From Candidatus Falkowbacteria bacterium RIFOXYA2_FULL_47_19 (GTDB lineage: Bacteria; Patescibacteriota; Patescibacteriia; Patescibacteriales; UBA12075), in the NCBI GenBank assembly GCA_001780275.1, contig MFGB01000013.1, positions 10,693 through 74,692 on the forward strand: DNA of 64,000 nt, written 5' to 3'. The position numbers were made by a program, and so were the translations under genes. The notes below the pieces were generated by a model. It was given only the letters and a program-made list of their open reading frames with translations, did not search any database and was not told the DNA's origin. Positions 9,911-16,326 of this stretch are shown piece after piece (positions within the stretch are counted from its first letter, which is position 1; each line of letters begins with the position of its first letter).

Positions 9911-11437
9911 ATGCTGAATATAAACAAAAGATCTTTCGGGCTAGATATTTCCGATTATTCGATCGAGGCGGTCGTTCTGGAGGAGACCGCCTCCGGAATC
10001 GGCGTATCCGCTTCGGGAGGGATAACGCTTGATCCGGGAACGGTTGAACGGGGCCGGATAAAAGATGGGGAAAAATTAAAAACGGCGCTGGCCGCGGTTT
10101 TAGCAAGCGTCGGTTTAAATCCGTCGGAACCGCGGGAATGGGTTTTCGGTTTGCCGGAATCATTGGTTTTTACGCACGTTTTCGCGATCGAAAATTTCAA
10201 TGAACACGAGGTCGATAAGGTTATAGCCCAGGAGATCGAAAACACCGTCCCGTTCCGAAAGAGCGATCTTACCTATTCTTATAAAACGTTCGCGGATACG
10301 TCGGCCGGAAACAAAACCATGGCTTTTATAGCCGCCGCCCCGAAAGCAGAAGTTTCGGAATGGCGGGCTTTTTTCGAGACAGCGGGCGTCCGCGTTAAAA
10401 TTTTCGATATCGAATCGTTGGCGGTTTTCCGGGGGATGTTCGATAAACACCCCGATCTGCCGGTCTGCCTGGTCGATATCGGAGCGGTTACGTCGTTGGT
10501 TTCGATCTTTACCCCTCTGGGTCTTACCTATTCATATATTATTAACGCGGCCGGTAAGAATATAAGCTACCAGCTAGCGAGCGGACTGGATATCGGTTTT
10601 ACGGAAGCGGAAAAGTTAAAGATCGAATACGGCCTGTCTGCAGGAGGCGATCATCCGGCTGCGGCCGGCATTATCGGTAATATTTTGGATAAAATATTCA
10701 AAGAGATAAAAAACAACATAGATTATTTTAATAATGAGTACGGTTTTCCGCCGGTCAAAGAAATAATCGTTACCGGCGGCACAAGCAGACTTTCTGGATT
10801 TTCGGAATATATAAAAACCCTGGATTTAGGGGTTGATATCCGCGTCGGCCAGCCGCTGTATGAAAGCGCCGGCATCGAATATATCGAGGCAATCGGCCTG
10901 GCCGCGCGCGCCCTGAAGGGTTATTGGGATAAAACCGATCCCTCGATCCCGGTGCCGCCGCCAGCCGTAAAGACCGAAAGACCTGAAAATATAAAGATCT
11001 GGCTTCAGCGGACGCGGGAATTCATTAAAACGGCTCGCCCTCTGATCACCAATCGTCGGCATATCGCCGTTGCCCTGGGTTTGCTGTCGGCATTGGCCGG
11101 TTTTTACGTTTTTTTCGATTATTTTCTGGGCAGCGTGAACCGCGCGGCCGCGCCGTTACCGCCGGTTTCGGAATCCCGGATCGAAGCCGCTATCGCTCCC
11201 GAGCCGGCGGCGGAGAACGTCGCAAGCTCCTCCCGGGAAATAAAGATAATCATTAAGAATATAAGTTCTCCCCTTAATGTCCGCCAGGGACCGGGGACAA
11301 GTTTCAAGGTTGTCGGCAAGGCTAACCCCCGAGAAGAATTTATCGTTATCGAGGAAGCTGATAGTTGGATAAAAATTAGTTTATCCGGCGGCGAAGAGGG
11401 ATGGGTGTTCGGGGAATATGCGGATAAGGTTGAATAG
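9911..11437 (+). CDS. pilM: PilM-like actin-fold pilus assembly protein fused to a TM segment and a C-terminal SH3b domain
   Basis: N-terminus SFGLDISDYSIEAVVLE... and ...IIVTGGTSRLSGF are PilM/FtsA-like. A TM segment HIAVALGLLSALAGFYVFFDYF follows. The C-terminus NVRQGPGTSFKVVGKANPREEFIVIEEADSWIKISLSGGEEGWVFGEY resembles bacterial SH3_3. Confidence 0.8.
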   Translation: MLNINKRSFGLDISDYSIEAVVLEETASGIGVSASGGITLDPGTVERGRIKDGEKLKTALAAVLASVGLNPSEPREWVFGLPESLVFTHVFAIENFNEHEVDKVIAQEIENTVPFRKSDLTYSYKTFADTSAGNKTMAFIAAAPKAEVSEWRAFFETAGVRVKIFDIESLAVFRGMFDKHPDLPVCLVDIGAVTSLVSIFTPLGLTYSYIINAAGKNISYQLASGLDIGFTEAEKLKIEYGLSAGGDHPAAAGIIGNILDKIFKEIKNNIDYFNNEYGFPPVKEIIVTGGTSRLSGFSEYIKTLDLGVDIRVGQPLYESAGIEYIEAIGLAARALKGYWDKTDPSIPVPPPAVKTERPENIKIWLQRTREFIKTARPLITNRRHIAVALGLLSALAGFYVFFDYFLGSVNRAAAPLPPVSESRIEAAIAPEPAAENVASSSREIKIIIKNISSPLNVRQGPGTSFKVVGKANPREEFIVIEEADSWIKISLSGGEEGWVFGEYADKVE

Positions 11438-11520
11438 TATTTAGTATCCAGTATTTTGTATTTAGCGAAGTGGGACCCGATTAATTGCCAGATACAAGAT
11501 ACTGGATACTAAATACAAAA
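11438..11520. repeat. Intercistronic hairpin (TATTTAGTATCCAGTA words)
   Basis: tatttagtatccagtattttgtatttag ... agatacaagatactggatactaaatacaaaa form imperfect inverted arms immediately after the pilM stop. Confidence 0.75.
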
Positions 11521-11531
11521 TGTGTTATAAT
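11503..11531 (+). promoter_or_regulatory. Candidate extended -10 promoter for the major pilin
   Basis: tgtgtTATAAT has TG at 11523-11524 and TATAAT at 11526-11531. The -35 is weak. It lies 19-28 nt upstream of the pilin start codons. Confidence 0.5.
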
Positions 11532-11549
11532 ATAAATATAATATAAAAT

Positions 11550-12056
11550 ATGTTTTCTATGAACAAAAATAAAGGCTTTACTTTAATCGAACTTTTGATC
11601 GTTATCGCCATTATCGCCGCTTTGTCCGCACTGGCTTTCGTGGCCTTAAATCCGGTAGCGCGGTTCCAGGATTCGAGAAACGCGCAGAGGTGGGCCGATG
11701 TCAATATGATCATGTCGGCCATTAAGCTCCACCAAGTGGATAACGGCGGAACCTACCTGGATTCCATCGTGGCCTTGACCAATGATCTTTATTACCAGAT
11801 CGGAGCCGGCGACGCCTGCAACGACACCTGTTCGAACCCGACGGTAGTGCTCCAGACCGCCTGTGTAGATCTCGAGGGTCTTATTGACGCGGCTTATATG
11901 CCGGAGTGGCCGATTGATCCGAATTTGAGCGGCGCTTCGTCCGACGAGACCGGTTATTACCTTGTCAAGGACTCCTACGGCCGCCTAATCGTCGGCGCCT
12001 GCGCCGAAGAGCTGGGTTCGGCCGATGCTGTCCAGTCGATCGAGATTACGCGTTAG
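11550..12056 (+). CDS. Major type IV pilin candidate (paralog 1)
   Basis: MFSMNKNKG|FTLIELLIVIAIIAALSALAF is a canonical class III signal (the alternative start is ATG 11559). The C-terminal half has four conserved Cys. The gene is followed by a strong terminator. Confidence 0.85.
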   Translation: MFSMNKNKGFTLIELLIVIAIIAALSALAFVALNPVARFQDSRNAQRWADVNMIMSAIKLHQVDNGGTYLDSIVALTNDLYYQIGAGDACNDTCSNPTVVLQTACVDLEGLIDAAYMPEWPIDPNLSGASSDETGYYLVKDSYGRLIVGACAEELGSADAVQSIEITR

Positions 12057-12084
12057 GCTTTAGGCTTTAGGCTTTAGCTTTTAG
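12057..12084. repeat. Tandem heptamer (AGGCTTT)x~4
   Basis: gctttaggctttaggctttagcttttag lies directly after the pilin stop codon and uses the TTAGG/CTTTAG word family. Confidence 0.8.
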
Positions 12085-12097
12085 ATAAATAAAATAT

Positions 12098-12131
12098 AAA
12101 ACGGCTTTAAAGCCGTTTTTAATTTTTTTTT
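12098..12131 (+). terminator. Rho-independent terminator
   Basis: aaaacggcttt/aaagccgtttt palindromic stem followed by T5 and T9 runs. Confidence 0.85.
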
Positions 12132-12187
12132 AATTAAAATAAAATATATTGTATCCGGGATTATAAAGAGGCGCAAAGGAGGGAAAG

Positions 12188-12613
12188 ATGCCGAACAAAG
12201 AGGATTTGATCAGGCTGGCGGAGGAAAGTTTCCCGGCGCATTACAGGTCGATGCGCCGGCGCAACCCTGATATGAAACTTCCCAGGAAAAAGAGAAAAAA
12301 GAATTTTCCCAAGGTATTAGAGATGGAAGTCAGAACGGTCAGTAAGGAATGGGAAGAGGGCGGAGAAAAGATAAGGGGCTCATATAAGGAAATAGTCTTT
12401 AAGATCAGGATCGAACGCGGCATCTACGAGGTAAAAGGATTCTGTTACGATGACGATGTTGACGCGGACTGCTTCTTCTATTCCGAAGCGCCAGAAGGCG
12501 CAAGAAAGTTCGCCAAGCTCTTTGCCGCCCATCTTATTTACAATGTGATGAGCGAGCAGAATTTAAGCATTGACGATTGGGAATTTCTTCCCCGAAGCGC
12601 CGATTCCGATTAA
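12188..12613 (+). CDS. Hypothetical protein
   Basis: 141-aa ORF with a strong SD (aaaggaggg) 6 nt upstream. No recognisable motif. Confidence 0.6.
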   Translation: MPNKEDLIRLAEESFPAHYRSMRRRNPDMKLPRKKRKKNFPKVLEMEVRTVSKEWEEGGEKIRGSYKEIVFKIRIERGIYEVKGFCYDDDVDADCFFYSEAPEGARKFAKLFAAHLIYNVMSEQNLSIDDWEFLPRSADSD

Positions 12614-12704
12614 GGAACCAACCCGCTCTTTCCAATAAGGGGCTTGAATAAGCTCCTTTTGCTTTTTAACGATTGACTTTTTCGTTTCCGGTTGCTAGTA
12701 TTAA

Positions 12705-13661
12705 ATGAAGATTCCGCACATTTTAATAACCATAAACGGGAGAAACGACATGAACGGATTGGAAGAGATATTGGGTATAAATCGCAATATGCTGGGCCAT
12801 ATCATGAAGACAACCGTTTTTAAAGCCATGAACGCCATCGGGCAGGAACGTTTCGTGTTTACGAGCGAGGACAAGGCGAGCGAAACCGGCAAGGCGCACG
12901 ATATTGTTACGAGCGCCGACCGCAAAGCCCAGGATATTTATCTTAATGTGTTCCGGGAACTCCTGCCGGATTTCGGCATTATCGCCGAAGAAGAAAAATA
13001 CCGCCGACCGCACAGCACGAAGCGCAAGGTCTATTTTACGATCGATCCTCTGGACGGCACGGACGGCTTTTCCCGCAGGCAGTCTTTCGGCGTATCGACC
13101 ATGATCGCCCTGGCGGTCGAAAAAGAGATCGTGGCCGCTTTCGTGGGCGATATCAACACGGACGAGATATTTTTCCTCTGGCCGGGATCGGACGAGGTTG
13201 AGCTACTTGATAACGGTTCGGCTCGGATGGAAAAGAGAAAACTCGCGATCGATCCCGGGCGCCCGCTTAAGGGGCAATACGTGCTATTGCGCAAGCCGCC
13301 CAACAGGTATTCCGAGGTTTCCCGGAAGATCATCGCCCTGGATACGGCCGATCCTCTTTTTAAAAGCCTTAATGTCATCGGCGGGAGCATCGGGTTGTCG
13401 TTTTCGCAGCTCTGGAAAGGGGTTTTCGGCGCCTTGCTTCTGGGGACAAGTTATGAAACCCCCTGGGATTCGGCGCCGGTGATCGGCATATCGAAGAAAA
13501 TGGGTTTTAAGTTCTTCGCGCTCGATCCGGCCGACCCGAAAAATATCCGGGAAATAAACCCCAAGCCGATCGAGAAGATCTATAAGCGTGACTTCGAGGT
13601 ATTGGTCATTCACGAAAGCCGAAAAGAGGAATTCCTGGCTTGGACCCGGGAGAATTTATAA
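12705..13661 (+). CDS. Inositol monophosphatase/FBPase-family phosphatase
   Basis: Family motifs IIAEEE, IDPLDGTDGF and WDSAPV are present. The start may be the internal ATG at 12750. Confidence 0.75.
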   Translation: MKIPHILITINGRNDMNGLEEILGINRNMLGHIMKTTVFKAMNAIGQERFVFTSEDKASETGKAHDIVTSADRKAQDIYLNVFRELLPDFGIIAEEEKYRRPHSTKRKVYFTIDPLDGTDGFSRRQSFGVSTMIALAVEKEIVAAFVGDINTDEIFFLWPGSDEVELLDNGSARMEKRKLAIDPGRPLKGQYVLLRKPPNRYSEVSRKIIALDTADPLFKSLNVIGGSIGLSFSQLWKGVFGALLLGTSYETPWDSAPVIGISKKMGFKFFALDPADPKNIREINPKPIEKIYKRDFEVLVIHESRKEEFLAWTRENL

Positions 13662-13683
13662 AAATAATATCCAAAACGGATCG

Positions 13684-13711
13684 GTAGAGACGCGATTAAT
13701 CGCGTCTCTAC
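13684..13711. repeat. Perfect 28-nt palindrome
   Basis: gtagagacgcgattaatcgcgtctctac. Confidence 0.9.
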
Positions 13712-13732
13712 AATGTATATTCCAATAATCCA

Positions 13733-13761
13733 AAACGGAGAAAAAATTTCTCCGTTTTTTT
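13733..13761 (+). terminator. Rho-independent terminator
   Basis: aaacggagaaa/tttctccgttt 11-bp stem with a 3-nt loop and a T7 run. Confidence 0.85.
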
Positions 13762-13792
13762 GTTGCTCCCACCCACAACATTCTTCACCCCA

Positions 13793-13935
13793 CCCCGCCC
13801 TTCGTGAAGGGCGGGGCGCCCCTCTCCAATTCTGGAGAGGGGACGCTTGGACTTACGCGTTACCCCCTCTCCAGAATTGGAGAGGGGGAGGGGGGTGAGG
13901 GAATTGGAGAGGGGGAAGGGATTGGGACAGGGAAA
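13793..13935. repeat. Cluster of three GC-rich hairpins plus G-rich degenerate repeats (REP-like)
   Basis: Hairpins are ccccgccc-ttcgtgaa-gggcgggg (13793-13816), cccctctcca-attc-tggagagggg (13819-13842) and ccccctctcca-gaat-tggagaggggg (13863-13888). These are followed by gaggggggtgagggaattggagagggggaaggg. Confidence 0.85.
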
Positions 13936-13969
13936 GATTTGGATAGGGTGAGGACATAAGACGGAGATA

Positions 13970-14002
13970 AATAAAAAAATATCCCCGATGGGGAGATATT
14001 TA
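13970..14002 (-). terminator. Rho-independent terminator of the Fic gene
   Basis: On the - strand: aaatatctcccc-atc-ggggatattt stem followed by a T run. Confidence 0.7.
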
Positions 14003-14037
14003 CATCACCTTTTCAATTTTTTCCTTTGGAGCGGGAT

Positions 14038-15102
14038 TTACCCGAAATAATTCTTTACGGCAAATTCAAATTGCTTTAAAAATAATTCTTTGAAATATGA
14101 AACATTATTCTGCTCGTAAAACAGAAGAATCGCCTTTTTATATTCCACTTCATCCATACTGCGATAAGAAAGCGGACAGGAGCCGAAAGATTGCAAAATA
14201 GCGTTGCCGCTTAAACGGCTGGTGCGTTTGTTGCCGTCCACAAACGGCTGAATGTAAGCGATTAGCAGCATTAAAGTGACCGCTTTCTCGAAAATATTTT
14301 CTTTTTCATTGGTTTTTTTGACTGCTTTTTCCAGGGCTTCTCTGATTTGAAATTCGTTGTCCAGCGGTTTGTAGTTCGTTCCGGTAATGCCAACCAAAGT
14401 TTTTCTCAGGTTTTTTGTCACATTCAAGCCATCCACCAGCAAAGAATGGACATTTTCTATCTTAAGAACAGATATAGACTGAAAATCCGTTTTGTTATTA
14501 CTGATATAATCCAAAGCCTTTTTGTGATTCAAAATCATAACGGCTTCTTCTTTGGTGCGGCCCGGCGCTTCCTGCCGGTTTTTAATTAGCTGTTCCGTTT
14601 CCAAAAGACTATAAGTATTGCCTTCGATTTTAGAAGACTTCCAGCTGAAATCAATGTTGAGCCTCTCAATTTCCTTTCTCAAAGCATCGGTCGAAATATC
14701 TTTTATCTTCCCTCTGTAAATTCCATCCAATTCAATCAATCTGTTTTTTTCATCATCGGTAAATATATTCTTCAACTGGGAGAAAATATCAAAATTAAAC
14801 TCTTTTTTGATTTTTCTTTGGTCGACCTCCGCGGAAAAATACTTTTCCACGTCAATTTTTTTTATAATCGGATACTCAGAAGAGAGTTTATATACAACCG
14901 CTCGTCCAGCGCCCTGACGTTCAATGAAGCCGAGTCCGAGTAATTTCTCCAAGTCCCTGGAAATGGTGATTTTGGTAATTTGCCCCAGGTCTTTTTGGAT
15001 ATGCTTAAAAATTTGCCCGATTGAGGCGGATTTCCCGATTTCAATAAAAGCCAAGATAGCATTTTGGCGCTCGCTTAGTTTATTCTTTAATTTTTTTGTC
15101 AT
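14038..15102 (-). CDS. Fic/DOC-family protein with an N-terminal winged-HTH and a degenerate active-site motif
   Basis: N-terminus LSERQNAILAFIE...ISRDLEKLLGLGFIERQG is HTH-like, and the inhibitory-helix motif SSKIEGN is present. The Fic motif reads QPFVDGNKRTSR instead of HPFxxGNGRxxR. The gene is visibly more AT-rich than its neighbours. Confidence 0.85.
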   Translation of the reverse strand: MTKKLKNKLSERQNAILAFIEIGKSASIGQIFKHIQKDLGQITKITISRDLEKLLGLGFIERQGAGRAVVYKLSSEYPIIKKIDVEKYFSAEVDQRKIKKEFNFDIFSQLKNIFTDDEKNRLIELDGIYRGKIKDISTDALRKEIERLNIDFSWKSSKIEGNTYSLLETEQLIKNRQEAPGRTKEEAVMILNHKKALDYISNNKTDFQSISVLKIENVHSLLVDGLNVTKNLRKTLVGITGTNYKPLDNEFQIREALEKAVKKTNEKENIFEKAVTLMLLIAYIQPFVDGNKRTSRLSGNAILQSFGSCPLSYRSMDEVEYKKAILLFYEQNNVSYFKELFLKQFEFAVKNYFG

Positions 15103-15108
15103 AAATTT

Positions 15109-15219
15109 TCATATCATTTATACACTTTAATCATATCATTTATGATACGAAAAATCAAGTAAATTATTATTTTTTTATGTATAATTACTAATATAAGTCA
15201 TTATTTTCATATCATTATT
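15109..15219. repeat. Three direct copies of TCATATCATT(T/A)AT upstream of the Fic start
   Basis: Copies lie at 15109-15121, 15131-15143 (identical, 22-bp spacing) and 15207-15219 (1 mismatch). Confidence 0.8.
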
Positions 15220-15320
15220 TATTTTCACAACTCAATTGCTTGCCTAATTGGTCGGGCAAGAGGCCGTTAACGAAATGCCAGTGCAATTAGAAAATTAAAA
15301 TAAATAGATAAATTATCCCC

Positions 15321-15350
15321 TTGAATTTACCCCCTCAAAAATGTTATAAT
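15321..15350 (+). promoter_or_regulatory. Candidate sigma70-type promoter
   Basis: TTGAAT (15321-15326), 18-nt spacer, then tgtTATAAT (15345-15350). Confidence 0.55.
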
Positions 15351-15461
15351 AAACATAATAAACCCAGTTTATCCACACCTATTTTACGTGTGGTATTTTA
15401 CGTATTGCGATAGATAATCTTTAGCTAATATAAAATAAATTTGTAGTTTTGTAGTCGGTTA

Positions 15462-15492
15462 TTCGACAATCGAAAATCGGCAATCGAAAATC
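15462..15492. repeat. Solo arm of the 'CAATCG' inverted-repeat family
   Basis: ttcgacaatcgaaaatcggcaatcgaaaatcc resembles the right arm of the 35846-36316 cassette. No partner arm is nearby. Confidence 0.7.
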
Positions 15493-15502
15493 CAGCATCC
15501 CC

Positions 15503-15601
15503 ATGCAAAAAAAAGTAAATTATTTTTATAGTTTATTCGTTAAAATATTTTTATTTTACGGTCGTTTCGGGTCCATCCGACGGCCGTTTTATTTTTGCTA
15601 A
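15503..15601 (+). pseudogene. Truncated, decayed duplicate of the giant gene's 5' end
   Basis: The 32-codon ORF MQKKVNYFYSLFVKIFLFYGRFGSIRRPFYFC* aligns with MQKLRGYFSNLFVKLGLL...GRFIFV of the giant gene. DNA 15485-15601 is roughly 75% identical by eye (with one gap) to 16296-16440, including the shared ggccgttttatttttg. Confidence 0.6.
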
Positions 15602-15619
15602 ATAATTTTCAAAACCCCT

Positions 15620-16120
15620 ATGAAAAACAACAAAGGCTTTACCCTTATCGAACTCCTGATCGTCATCGCCATTATTGCGGCTCTCTCGGCTTTAGCATTT
15701 GTCGCTTTAAATCCCCTGGCGCGGTTTCAGGATTCGCGTAATACCAAAAGATGGACCGATGTTAATATGCTGGTGAGCGCGCTGAAATTAGATCAGGTTG
15801 ATAACGGCGGTCTTTATTTAGGAGATATTGAAGATTTGACGGTGGGTAATTATCACATGATCGGCAAGGGCAATGATTGTAGTGTTATTACTTGTTTCAA
15901 CCCAACAGTAGAATTACAGACGGTCTGTATCGATTTGTCGGAATTAGTAGATGAGGGCTATCTGCCGGATGTACCGATTGATCCCAATGCGGACGGCGCC
16001 GATGAAGAATATACTTACTATTATTTATCAAAAACAAGTTCTTCTACGATCACGGTCGGCGCCTGCAGCGAGGAATCAGGCAGTAACGAGGCGGTGCCGG
16101 AGATTATGGTAACGAGATAA
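15620..16120 (+). CDS. Major type IV pilin candidate (paralog 2)
   Basis: MKNNKG|FTLIELLIVIAIIAALSALAF. The N-terminal ~60 aa and the C-terminal Cys framework are conserved with the 11550 pilin, the central region is diverged, and there are many synonymous differences. Confidence 0.85.
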   Translation: MKNNKGFTLIELLIVIAIIAALSALAFVALNPLARFQDSRNTKRWTDVNMLVSALKLDQVDNGGLYLGDIEDLTVGNYHMIGKGNDCSVITCFNPTVELQTVCIDLSELVDEGYLPDVPIDPNADGADEEYTYYYLSKTSSSTITVGACSEESGSNEAVPEIMVTR

Positions 16121-16122
16121 TT

Positions 16123-16240
16123 TAAAATGTAAATGTCAAAATGTAAAATGACGATGCAAAATTAAAAATGAGCTAAACTTTTAAAGTATTCGTGATTTTA
16201 CATTTTAAACTGTCATTTTTAATTTTGACATTTACACTTT
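16123..16240. repeat. Intercistronic hairpin (GTAAAAT/ATGTCAAAAT words) between the pilin and the giant gene
   Basis: aaaatgtaaatgtcaaaatgtaaaatgacgatgcaaaattaaaaatga is imperfectly complementary to tgattttacattttaaactgtcatttttaattttgacatttacac. Confidence 0.8.
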
Positions 16241-16326
16241 GAATTAAAAGATAAATTGCCGTTCAGATTTCAATTAATTTGGACGGCCAACTGCAAAATT
16301 CAGCATTCCCCATGATGCATTTCCCC

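Noticed and set aside
13713-13898. 61-aa + strand ORF (MYIPIIQNGEKISPFF...PLQNWRGGGG).
   Set aside because: It reads straight through an intrinsic terminator and three GC-rich palindromes. Its 'protein' is just the translation of those repeats.
12188-15619. Accessory insert between the pilin paralogs as a classical mobile element or toxin-antitoxin locus.
   Set aside because: No integrase, transposase, terminal inverted repeats or tRNA target were seen. The Fic gene is solitary (no adjacent antitoxin ORF) and carries its own inhibitory motif. The region is reported only as a possible foreign insert: by eye only the Fic gene and the non-coding DNA upstream of it look AT-rich.
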